A DNA stretch of 64,000 nucleotides from assembly GCA_963785305.1 (NCBI GenBank), contig CAWAUV010000005.1, positions 32,001 through 96,000 of the forward strand, in the 5' to 3' direction. The DNA is from an uncultured Planctomycetaceae bacterium. Lineage in GTDB: Bacteria > Planctomycetota > Planctomycetia > Pirellulales > PALSA-1355. Below the pieces are notes generated by a model. It worked only from the letters and a program-made list of their open reading frames with translations, searched no databases and had not been told where the DNA came from. Each line of letters begins with the position of its first letter. Positions within the stretch are counted from its first letter, which is position 1. Below, in pieces: positions 9,699 to 19,660 of the stretch. A program made the translations under genes and the position numbers.

Positions 9699-10793
9699 TC
9701 AAGCCGCCTCGACCGCGGCCAAGTCGATTCCGCCCACGGGGGCGCCATTCCAGTCGATCGCCACCATGAGCGAGTTGAGGCCCGAGCCGATTCCCAAGAG
9801 CGCCAAGCGATCACCGGCGCCCAAATGCCCGGCCTCCGCGGCTCGGGCCAGGGTGAGCGGCAACGCGACGGCGCCGGTGTTTCCGAACGTCTCGACCGTG
9901 CTGAAGTCGATTGCGGAGTCGAGCACGAAGGCTTCGAGCATCGCCCGGCGATGCGCGACGCCGACCTGATGCATGCAAACTTTGTCGATCTCGCCGCGCG
10001 ACCAGCCGGTCTCGGCCAACAGCGCCGCGAACGCTTCCACTCCGGTCGCGACCCCGGCCTTGAGCAGTTGCTCCGAATCGGTTCGCATCAGCGGGCCGGC
10101 GCCGGGCTGCATTGCTTCGTCGTGACCGCCGCGGCAGAGCGCGTTGTATTCGGTGCGCGCGATCGCCACTGCGGTTCGCAACCGACATCCCGAGCGGCTG
10201 AGCTCGCGATGGGTCAGCAAGATCGCGGCGCTTGCCGAGCCGAGCGTGAGCGAAGCGATTGCCGGCTTGACGCTCGAGCGGGTAAGCGACGAATCGGTGT
10301 TTAATTGCTCGATGGTCGCCTCGAGAATTTGCCGGCTGCTTTCGGTTCCCACGACCAGCCCCGCCCGAATCTGCCCGAGCTCGATCATGTTGGCCACTTG
10401 CGCCGCGCCGTTGAGCAGCCCGAGACATGCGTTCGAGACGTCGTAGACGAAGCAATGCGGCCCAAGGCCCAAGCGATGATGCACTGCGGCGGCCGTGGCC
10501 GGCTCGAGATAATCGCGGCAGACCGATCCATGCACGATCGCGCCGACCAGCGCGGGATCGATCTCGGCGGCGAGCATCGCGCGGCGCCCGCTCTCGACGC
10601 TCATATCGCCGGGCAACACATCGCGCGGCCACAATCGCCGCTCCCGGATACCGGTCATGAGCTCCAAACGACCGGCCGGCAATCGCAAGCGCTCATAGAG
10701 GGGCGCGAGGCGTGTTTCCAGTTCGAGCGAGGTGATTCGCTCGCGCGGCAAGACATACCCGAGCGACTCGAGGCAGACGTTTTTGTATCGCAT
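9699..10793 (-). CDS. 3-oxoacyl-ACP synthase III-like thiolase-fold protein, OleA-like
   Basis: N-terminal MRYKNVCLESLGYVLP...GRLELMTGIRERR; LEPATA (OleA-type Glu), SNACLG (Cys), HQVG (His), FGNTG (Asn). Confidence 0.8.
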   Translation of the reverse strand: MRYKNVCLESLGYVLPRERITSLELETRLAPLYERLRLPAGRLELMTGIRERRLWPRDVLPGDMSVESGRRAMLAAEIDPALVGAIVHGSVCRDYLEPATAAAVHHRLGLGPHCFVYDVSNACLGLLNGAAQVANMIELGQIRAGLVVGTESSRQILEATIEQLNTDSSLTRSSVKPAIASLTLGSASAAILLTHRELSRSGCRLRTAVAIARTEYNALCRGGHDEAMQPGAGPLMRTDSEQLLKAGVATGVEAFAALLAETGWSRGEIDKVCMHQVGVAHRRAMLEAFVLDSAIDFSTVETFGNTGAVALPLTLARAAEAGHLGAGDRLALLGIGSGLNSLMVAIDWNGAPVGGIDLAAVEAA

Positions 10794-10981
10794 TTGTTCA
10801 CGGTAGCGTGTGCCAAGATTGCGGTAAAGTCATGCCACGACAAAGTTTCAGTCCTTCCCGCCAAGGGGGGCGACACTCCGCGACACCCCCAACCTAATGG
10901 CCTGGAGCCCTGCGGCCAGCCGTATGGTAGCACACCATGTTGTGCTAGCAGCACGTGCGGCAGGCAAAATAAGCCGGGCCT

Positions 10982-10997
10982 CTTGAACATTTTCAAG
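10982..10997. promoter_or_regulatory. Palindromic operator-like site between divergent oleA-like and C26 hydrolase genes
   Basis: CTTGAA-CATT-TTCAAG perfect inverted repeat in an AT-rich patch. Confidence 0.35.
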
Positions 10998-11434
10998 CAG
11001 CATTTAAATTCCGTCAGACTTGCGTTCGCACTCTCGAAAGACGGCGGAGCCGTCAGGAGGAAGTCGAGTCTCACGACATCACGATTCGCTTCGGAACAGA
11101 TGCCCACGATGGGCCACGCTGGACCGAACGGAAGCCTTTCGAGCAAGGCGCCCCAGGAGTCAAGGACGACGCCGCGTTTTCGACGTTCGTCGTCCCTGAT
11201 TCTCGGTTCGCCTCTCTCGAACCGCCCGAGACCTCCGCGGAGTGGTTATCCGCGACAGATGCTCGATTCCGTTCTGCCCGACGATCGCCTCTCGTTTTGC
11301 CTAAAATGGCGATTCCTCTGTTTTCCCATGAAGCTCTCGTGGCACGGGTGGCTTGGCGATGTTTTCGATTTTTTTCTCGTACTTGTTCTGGTTTCTTCTC
11401 GAACGACACAGGAAGTGTCATGAAGGAGTTTTCC

Positions 11435-12178
11435 ATGCGATCGAAGCCGTTGATTGGTTTGAACGCCGATTATCGCAGCGCCAAGAAGGACTCGCCGGCT
11501 TTTAGTTTCGTGTGCGCGGGATACTACGACGCGATTCTCCGCGGCGGCGCCATTCCGCTGGTTCTGCCGCCGACCGAAGACGAGGACGACATGGAACGCG
11601 TGCTCGATCTTCTCGATGGCGTGGTGCTCGTCGGGGGCGCCGATCTCGACCCGCGCCGCGACGGTTTCATGCTGCACCCGACGGTGCGCCCGCTCGATGC
11701 GCGTCGCGAGACGTTCGATCGTATGTTGGTGCGCGGCGTGGCTCGGCGTCGGATGCCGGTCTTCGGCATCGGCGTGGGCATGCAGTTGCTCAATGTCTCG
11801 CAAGGCGGCAACCTAATGCTGCACATTCCCGAGGACATGCCCAAGGCCTTGCCGCACAAAGATCCGCTCGATGCCGCTCATCGCCACGGATTGGAAGTCG
11901 TGCCCGATTCGATCATGGAACGCGTGTATGGCGATGGCGAGATCCGCGTCAATAGCATGCACCATATGGCGGTCGACGATGTGGCGCCGGGCTTCCGAGT
12001 GACGGCCCGCTGCCCCGACGGCGTGATCGAGGCGATCGAAAGCATCAGCGATTGGCATGCTTTCGGCACTCAATTCCATCCGGAAGCCGATTCGGCCTCG
12101 GCCCTCGATATCCGCATCTTCGAAGAGTTCATTTGCGGAATTACCGGCGAAGTGCTGGAAATGAAGCTCGTCGCGTGA
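11435..12178 (+). CDS. Peptidase C26 / gamma-glutamyl-gamma-aminobutyrate hydrolase family (class I glutamine amidotransferase fold)
   Basis: AAGGAG RBS before ATG; KPLIGLN, LDGVVLVGGADLDP, GIGVGMQLLNV, VNSMHHMAV, QFHPE. Confidence 0.9.
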   Translation: MRSKPLIGLNADYRSAKKDSPAFSFVCAGYYDAILRGGAIPLVLPPTEDEDDMERVLDLLDGVVLVGGADLDPRRDGFMLHPTVRPLDARRETFDRMLVRGVARRRMPVFGIGVGMQLLNVSQGGNLMLHIPEDMPKALPHKDPLDAAHRHGLEVVPDSIMERVYGDGEIRVNSMHHMAVDDVAPGFRVTARCPDGVIEAIESISDWHAFGTQFHPEADSASALDIRIFEEFICGITGEVLEMKLVA

Positions 12179-12411
12179 TCGGCGGGGGATCACCATCGGC
12201 GCACGTTTTTCTCGAATGCCGCGCCCTCGTGAGCTTGGCGGCGCCTCTCCGGAGATGGCGCGAACGACGGATATCTCGCACTTGCGGCAGCCTCGGCGTT
12301 TTGTCTTGACGCCGAGGCTGTCGCGGGCCGGACTTTTCTCCCGGTCGGCCGGCGCCGGTCGACGCGGTTCTCTTGGCTTCATGTCCCTGGTCCCCGAAGG
12401 GCGCCCCATCC

Positions 12412-13578
12412 ATGTCGGGCCACGATCGACGCCGCTGGACGGTCGGCGTCGCCGTGTCGAGCGATGCGCGCCGGGTGGTCGGCGCTGCCATCGCCGCGCA
12501 TGGCGCCGGGTTCGACGCTCGCGCCACGGTCGAACTCACCGCCTCGATTCTCGTTCCCCGCGCTACGCGGCGGCTATTTCAGGACATGGCCTGGCGCCGG
12601 GCGCCGCATCCGCCGGCGCTGGCGGCGGTGTTGGCCAGCGAGCTCGCCGATGCGCTGGCCGCGTGTGTCCATCGGCTCGCCGCGCTCGATCCCGAGCTGC
12701 CGCGCAAAACACTCTGCCTCGCCGCCGCCGATCCGGGACTTTGGCGCCGCGAACCCGGGGGCGAGCGAGCGTGCCTTGGTCTCTCCGACGGAGCTCGGCT
12801 GGCCGAACGCACCGGCATCAACGTGCTCGATGCATTCGCCGCTCGTGATCTGGCTCAAGGCGGCCAAGGCGAACCCTTGCTCGCGGCGCCGTATTGGCTG
12901 CTGACGCGCAGCGCCGCCCATGCCCGCGCCATTCTTTGGCTCGACAGGACCACTTCCATCACGCTGCTGCCGGCCTCGCGCGACGCCACGGCGCTCGAAA
13001 GAATCGCGGCGGCCACGCTGCCGGTTGGGCCGCGTTCGGTCGTCGAGTTCGCCAAGCGCGGCAGTGCCAATCCACTTGCGGCGCCCGATGATCGCGGATC
13101 GAACTCAGACGAACCCCTCCGCGAGCTGGACGCTTTTTTGCAAACGAGCGTTCAACAGCGACCGCCGCTCGACCGCCGCCGCGCGGCCCTCGATTGGCTC
13201 GCCACCGCGATCGCCGCGCGGATGAATCTTTTGGCGACCGGCGATCCCGCGGGACGCGCGATCGGCGAGCTCCTTATTGCGGGTCCGGCGAGCAAAAGCG
13301 ACTTCCTCAAGAGCAGGTTGCTCGCGCGACTCCCTGGGCTGCGGCCGCTCGAAAGTGTCGATGTCGATTTCCCGCTCACGGCGCTCGAAGCCGCCGCCAC
13401 GGCTTGGTGGGGCCAATTGTGGCTCGATCAGACACCCGGTAATTTACCGCTGCTCACCGGCGCCAACGCCCCGCGCGTGCTAGGCCGTCTCACGCCCGGC
13501 GCACCGCACAACTTCTTGCGTCTGGTGCGGACAATGGCTAGTCAGCAGCCGGTGATCTCGCTCGGAGCGGCGATCTGA
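12412..13578 (+). CDS. anmK: Anhydro-N-acetylmuramic acid kinase-like protein (divergent)
   Basis: LAERTGINVLDAFAARDLAQGGQGEPL (AnmK DFR..D...GGQGAPL-like), C-terminal PGNLPLLTGA..PRVLG; start uncertain (12373 or 12412). Confidence 0.65.
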   Translation: MSGHDRRRWTVGVAVSSDARRVVGAAIAAHGAGFDARATVELTASILVPRATRRLFQDMAWRRAPHPPALAAVLASELADALAACVHRLAALDPELPRKTLCLAAADPGLWRREPGGERACLGLSDGARLAERTGINVLDAFAARDLAQGGQGEPLLAAPYWLLTRSAAHARAILWLDRTTSITLLPASRDATALERIAAATLPVGPRSVVEFAKRGSANPLAAPDDRGSNSDEPLRELDAFLQTSVQQRPPLDRRRAALDWLATAIAARMNLLATGDPAGRAIGELLIAGPASKSDFLKSRLLARLPGLRPLESVDVDFPLTALEAAATAWWGQLWLDQTPGNLPLLTGANAPRVLGRLTPGAPHNFLRLVRTMASQQPVISLGAAI

Positions 13579-13699
13579 TTCTCGCGGCGACGCGCTCTCG
13601 CATCGATTAGCCGCTACACTGGAAGCCGCTTCGTGGTCGAGTTGTTTCCGTGGTGGGCTGGTCAAAGCGGGCCGACTGGACTTCAAAGGATCCGTCGTC

Positions 13700-14962
13700 A
13701 TGGAACAAGAGAATGTAAACGCCGCGAATAGCCGATCGCACACCACGCGAGTGGAACAATATCTCGCTCGCATTGCGCTCCTCGACGGCAAGATTCATGC
13801 GTGGACACATGTCGACGCCGCCGGCGCGCTGGCCCAGGCCGGGCGGCTCGACGCGCCGCCGAACGAGTCGGACGACGTTCTTTCCGGCTTCGTGATCGGC
13901 GTGAAAGACATTATCGATGTGGCCGGCATGCCCACGCGCCGGCTCGCCGCTCTGGCCCGACGAGCCCGTGGCGGTCGATGCGCCGGTGGTGGCCGCTTTG
14001 CGCAAGCGGGGGCGATCGTGCTTGGCAAGACCACGACCTGCGAGCTCGCCTGTTTCGATCCCTCGCCCACGCGCAATCCCTGGAATCTGGCGCATACGCC
14101 GGGCGGCTCCAGCGCCGGCTCGGCGGCGGCGGTGGCCTGCGGCATGTGCGACGCCGCGATTGGCACTCAGACCGGCGGTTCGATTCTTCGCCCCGCCGCG
14201 TATTGCGGCGTGGTCGGGTTCAAACCCCAATTTCGTGATTCGGGCCGAGCGGGCATCGTGCCGGTGAGCGAGCGGCTGGATCATGTGGGATCGTTTGCCA
14301 GAACCGTGGACGATGCGTTCCGAGTGCTCGAGGCCGCGGGACTCAGCGACGAGCCGCCCGACGATTCGAGCGCCGTCGATCCGATTCGGTCGCCGCGACT
14401 CGGTGTGTTCGCCGGATTTTTTCGCGATCAATGCGATGCGTCGCTGGCGGCGATCTTTCAAAAGACAATCGCGAAGCTCGCCAACGCCGGCGCGTTGATC
14501 GCCATGCTGCCCGAGCCGCCGGAGCTCGAACGCGTGCTTGAAAATCATCGAAAGATCATGGCGCATGACGTCGCTCGCGCGCATGGCCCGAAGTTCGAGC
14601 AGCATCGCGAGGCGTTTGGGCCCCAGGTTCGCGAGTTGATCGACCAGGGAAGCCAGATCACGGCCGATGAATATCGCGCGGCCCGCGAACACCAAGTCGC
14701 TTGGACGTCCCGGATCGATGCGACGCTCGGTGAGTTCGACGCCATCATGACTCCGGCCACCCCGAGCACGGCGCCACGTTCGCTCGCGACCACGGGCGAT
14801 CCACGGTTCAACTCGCCCTGGAGTTATGCCGGAACACCGGCCGTGAGCGTGCCGTGTGGGCTCGACAAGCAAGGGATGCCGGCGGGGCTACAGATTATCG
14901 CCGCCCTCGGCCGCTGCCGATGGCTGGCTCGCGTCGCCGGTTGGATTGAAAGCCGACTCTGA
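13700..14962 (+). CDS. Amidase signature family protein (internal compensated indels)
   Basis: GVKDIIDVAG, GAIVLGKT, TRNPWN, TPGGSSAGSAAAV, GTQTGGSILRPAAYCGVVGFKP. The segment RAGSPLWPDEPVAVDAPVVAALR lies in another frame (ORF 13917). Confidence 0.9.
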   Translation: MEQENVNAANSRSHTTRVEQYLARIALLDGKIHAWTHVDAAGALAQAGRLDAPPNESDDVLSGFVIGVKDIIDVAGMPTRRLAALARRARGGRCAGGGRFAQAGAIVLGKTTTCELACFDPSPTRNPWNLAHTPGGSSAGSAAAVACGMCDAAIGTQTGGSILRPAAYCGVVGFKPQFRDSGRAGIVPVSERLDHVGSFARTVDDAFRVLEAAGLSDEPPDDSSAVDPIRSPRLGVFAGFFRDQCDASLAAIFQKTIAKLANAGALIAMLPEPPELERVLENHRKIMAHDVARAHGPKFEQHREAFGPQVRELIDQGSQITADEYRAAREHQVAWTSRIDATLGEFDAIMTPATPSTAPRSLATTGDPRFNSPWSYAGTPAVSVPCGLDKQGMPAGLQIIAALGRCRWLARVAGWIESRL

Positions 14963-15021
14963 CGGTTCGCCATTTTATTGGGAGCCCGGGATCGGCAATG
15001 GCGGCGGGATTGGCCTGTTCC

Positions 15022-16382
15022 CTACCGCGCGCGGTTGAACACGCGCACGGCTTGGCCGTCGGCAAGATTCGTCTCGGGCGCGAGCACCACGGTCTCGTTT
15101 TCCTTGAGCCCGGATTTGATTTCCGCCTCATCGTCGTTGCTCAACCCGACCTCGACCGCGCGTGTCGCGGCGCGGCCATCTTCCACCACGAACACGCGCC
15201 ACCCCATGTCGGCGCCGCGAAAAAGCGCGGAGCGAGGAACGACGAGCGCAGTCGGGAGCCCGCGCCGTGTAGATGCGCACCCGCACTCGGTAATCGACAC
15301 CCAAGCCGCGCTCCGCGCAACTTGGTCAGAATCTCGGGAGCGAATCCGATGAGGACTTTCACCCGCTGTTGCTCGACGCCGAGCGAGCTGATCTTGGTGA
15401 AACCGGCCGGATAAATACGAGTGACCTTGGCTTCGACCGGCCGGACGCCGATTGCCGCGCCCGAGACATCGACCGGCGAACCGAGCTTGATCGACGTGGC
15501 TTCCTGGGTCAGCACATCGGCTTCGACTTCGAGATCGCTCCAGGAGCCGATCTTGAGGAGCACCGTGCCGACCGAGTAGGTGCGCTCGTTGCTATCGACG
15601 CGTTCGAGCACCGCGCCGCTGACCGGGCTCGCCATCACGCCGCGGTTTTGATCGCGTTCGGCTTTTCGCAGATTCACATGCGCCTCGGCCAGTTCCTTAT
15701 CGAGCACTTCATGCTTGAGCGATTTGCGTAGAATGTATTGCCGCATCGCGGTGGGCATCAGGGCGGAGGCGGCGCGGAGCGCCTCGGTCGCGCGCTCGAC
15801 CAGCACATCTTGCTCATGATCGACTTCCGATTGCACCTGATTGACGCGAGCCTGATCGAGATCGTTTTCGGCCATCGACTTGGTGGAAAAGAGCCGTTCG
15901 GCGCGGGTTAGGAACTTGTCGGCATAGCCTTGCTTGGCCTCGCCCGCTCGCACGCGCGCCGTCGCGGCGTCGACCATGCGGTCCATCGAGGTGGCGAAGT
16001 CGATGGTCTGCTGGAGCGTGGTGGTTTCGACCGAGACATCGTCGTTTTCCTTGATCGCGGCTTCGAGCCGATCGACCGCGGCCTGCGCCGCGTCGACCGT
16101 CAGCTCCGAGTCGAGCGGCACGACCCGGGCCACGATTTGCCCCTGGCTCACATTGTCGCCCTCGGCGCAGCGAATCGCCTCGACGCGGCAATTGTAAGGG
16201 GCCGTGACGAGATAGGTTTGCGCGAGGCGAGTCTTGGCCTCCTCGTCGATATACTCGCGCACCAGGCCGCGGCGCACGGTCGCCGCCTCGACCGGCGGCC
16301 CGGCATTCCACGAAGAATACACCGCCAGGGCCGCGCCGACGCACAGCACAATCGCCAAGCCAACGCCAAGAGATCGCATCAT
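15022..16382 (-). CDS. HlyD/MacA-family periplasmic adaptor subunit (frameshift near 15310)
   Basis: N-terminal TM, coiled coil, SPVSGAVLE, IYPAGFTKISSLGVEQQRVKV; C-terminus VVPRSALFR...VEVGLSND in ORF 15022..15300. Confidence 0.85.
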
Positions 16383-16418
16383 GGAAATTCATTCCCCACG
16401 GTAAGACGGAGCGGAATG

Positions 16419-18796
16419 TTATTCTCGCGTTTTCGATGCTTCGAGCCAATCGAGCCGGTGAACATTGCGCTGCACGACCCCATGGGCCGCGAGCGCGAAG
16501 AGCAGCGATAAACCGATCGTTCCCAGCCAGACTTGCGGCGGCGCCACCAGCGGAAAGCGGAACATGTCGGTGTTATAGACGATTGAAATAATGACCGAGA
16601 GCCCATAGCCGAGCGGCATTCCCAAGAGAGTGCCGAGCGAATTGACGAGCAGGCTTTCGCGCAAGAAGAGCCCGCCCACTTGCCAAGGTCCATAGCCGAG
16701 CACCCGAAGCGTGGCCACCTCGCGCCGCCGCTCCGCCAGGGCAATCAACGAGGCATTGAGCAAGCCGCAGAAAAAAATCACGCCTGCGAAAATCACGAGC
16801 AGCGAAATGAAAATTCGCTGCGCGCGAATCACCGCTTGTAGATTCTCGATCACCTGCGAGCGCACATTCACGCTCCGCACCGCTGGCAGTCGCTTCAGCT
16901 CGCGGCACAGCGATCGCCAGAGACGCGGCTCGGAATCGGCCGAAAGCTGTACTCCGCTGATCGCTTCTTCTTCATGAACCAGACGACTCAGATAATCGAT
17001 ATTGGCATACACCGCGAGCCCGATGAAGCTATTGCTGATCTCGACCACGGGAACCTCGATCGGATCGCGGCGCCCCTTCACCGGCAGCACCGCCACCCGA
17101 TCGCCCACGGCCACGCCCAACAGTTCAGCCAGCCGCCGGTTCATGGCCAAGCCGGTGTCGGGCACGCGAATCGCCCGGCCGGCTAGGTCGCGCGGCGTGG
17201 TGAGTCGAGGCCCGGGGCGAGGCCCGTGATCATTCCGCGTTTGCGGGCCGGACCGTGAACGAAGGTGCAACTGACATCGAACAGCGGCTCGGCGAGCTCG
17301 ACGCCGGGCAGCCGCCGCGCTTCGAGCAGCGCGGCGCGCGAGTGTTCGTCGGCAAAGGCCAAGTCCACATCGCCATGCGTGACCTCCTCGAACTGGAAAT
17401 TCACCAAATGATGCAGCGCCGCATAGAGCATGAGGCCGCACACGAGCAGCGCCGCGCCCGCGGCCGACGCGAAAATACCCACCGCCGGTGCGCAACCGAT
17501 TGCGGAGCACATTGCGCACCGTCAGCCGCCAGCCGAAACCGAGCCGGCTCCAAAGGCGCGGAAACCGCTCGAGCCACACCGCCCCGCCCACGACCGGTGG
17601 TTTGGCCCGCATTGCTTCGGCCGGATTGAGCCGCATGGCCACATAGCGCGCCATGCCAAGCGCCGATGATCGAGAAGATCACGCTGATCGCCATGCCCGT
17701 GGCGTAGAGGCCCGGATAGACGCGATTTTCGAGGTTGGGAAACTCATAGAACATGCGGTAAATTCCGGTGATCACGCCACCCATGAAGTTGCCGAGCACG
17801 AGCCCGACGCTTCCGCCCACCAGGCCCACGACCAGCCCCAGCTTGGTGAAGTGGAGAAACAACTGGCCGTCGCCATAGCCGAGCGCTTTGAGGGTTCCGA
17901 TCACGAGCCGCTGCTGTTCGACCAGCCGCACCATCACCACATTGAGCACCAGCGCGCCGACGGCGAGAAAGATAAACGGAAAAAACGAAGCGAACACTCC
18001 CATCCCGCGAATCTCGTCGCTCAGAAAACGGTTCGAGCTCTGATTGCCGCGCGGCGTGGTGGTCGTGACGCCGAACGACGCGAGCCGGGTCTCGATCTGG
18101 CGCAGGGTCTGCTCGGGCCGCTCGCGCAGGTCGGGCGCCAGCGTGCCGACGAGTTGATTCGCGGCGCCCGCGAAATCGAAGATCTCCTCGGCATAAGCGC
18201 GCTTGAGATAAAAAATGCCGAAATGTTCGGGATCGGGCGAGATCGGCGCCAGGCCCGACGGGGTAGACGAATTCGCAACTGATCGCCGTGCCGACGATAA
18301 ACAGTTCTTGCCGGCGATTGTTGAGAATCAGATGAATCCGCTCGCCCGGATGCAGCTTGTTGCGGCGGGCAAACGCGTCGTTGACGATCACTTCGTTGTC
18401 GCGGCGCGAGGTGAAATATCCGCCGTGCCGGAGCACGATATCGTTGATGACCGGCGCTCGCCGGTCGGGCAGCGAGAGCACGAGTCCATTGAGCGGAATC
18501 GGCGAGCGCTCGATATCGACCGTGGCGAAGAACTGAATCCGCGGCCGGCTCCGGTCACTCCGCCCATTTCTCCGATCGCTTCGAGCTCCGCGAGCGGCGC
18601 CTTTTTGAAGTCGATCCAGAAGTCCGCCATCCGGCAATCGCCAATAGTATTGCCACCGCGCCAGGCTGAGATTGTTATACGCCGAGCGCATGTAGATGAA
18701 GCACATGACGCCCAGCGTGATGACGCTGGTGATCGCCGTGAGCAGCCCGGCCGATGAGCGGATCTCGCGGAGCAACTTGCGGTCGAGCGAGTTCAC
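16419..18796 (-). CDS. ABC transporter permease, double FtsX/MacB type (several frameshifts)
   Basis: GTG start overlaps ATPase stop, (M)[11 protein letters not shown]; two FtsX modules [18 protein letters not shown] and [16 protein letters not shown] spread across ORFs 17744, 17401, 17183 and 16419. Confidence 0.85.
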
Positions 18797-19634
18797 CAGG
18801 TGATCTCCTCGGGCGGCAACGGATTCGGATTCACATGCAATTCGTGAATCTCGCCCGAGCGAAGTCGCACCACGCGGTCGGCGGCCTCGGCCAGGGCGGC
18901 GTTGTGGGTGATGATGAGAATCGTCTTGCCGAGCTCGTTCTTCAGATTCACCAGTTGCCGTAGCACCATCTTGCCGGTCTCGAAGTCGAGCGCGCCGGTC
19001 GGCTCGTCGCACAACAGCAATTCGGGGTTTTTCGCCAGCGCCCGGGCCATGGCCACCCGTTGCTGCTCGCCGCCCGAGAAGTTGCGCCGGGAAATGATCG
19101 AGCCGATGTCCGAGACCGACGATCTCGAGCATCCGGTCGACGTCGAGCGGCCGCTTCGCGATCTCGGTGGCCACGACCACATTCTCCCGGGCCGTGAGAT
19201 TCGGCACCAGATTGTAAAATTGGAAGACAAAGCCGACGAAGTCGCGGCGAAAGCGCGTGAGCTCGCGCGGCGAGGCGGTCGAGAGATTGAAATCGCGAAA
19301 CCAGACATCGCCCTCGGTGGCGCTGATCGAGCCCTCCCAGCAGATTGAGCAGCGTGGTTTTTCCCGAGCCGCTGGGCCCGACCATGATGAGCAATTCGCC
19401 GCGATAAATGTCGAGCGACACTCGTTTGAGCACATCGACCGCGACATCGCCCATGTGAAACGTCTTGCCGACCCGATCGAGCCGCATCAACACTTCGGTC
19501 GGCGGCGCGCCGACGCCGCCCGAGCGGGCGCCGGGGCCGCTTGCGGCGGCGACATTGCCGGGCGCGTCGGCGCCGGACGACGGGGAACTATCGGCGGAAT
19601 CCATCGCGGCGAGTCGCTCGTCGGTGTCGTTCAT
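18793..19634 (-). CDS. ABC transporter ATP-binding protein (LolD/MacB-like; frameshifted)
   Basis: Walker [18 protein letters not shown], signature [14 protein letters not shown], Walker [17 protein letters not shown] across three frames. Confidence 0.9.
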
Positions 19635-19660
19635 GTTCGGCCGATGTTCCCACGACGAGG

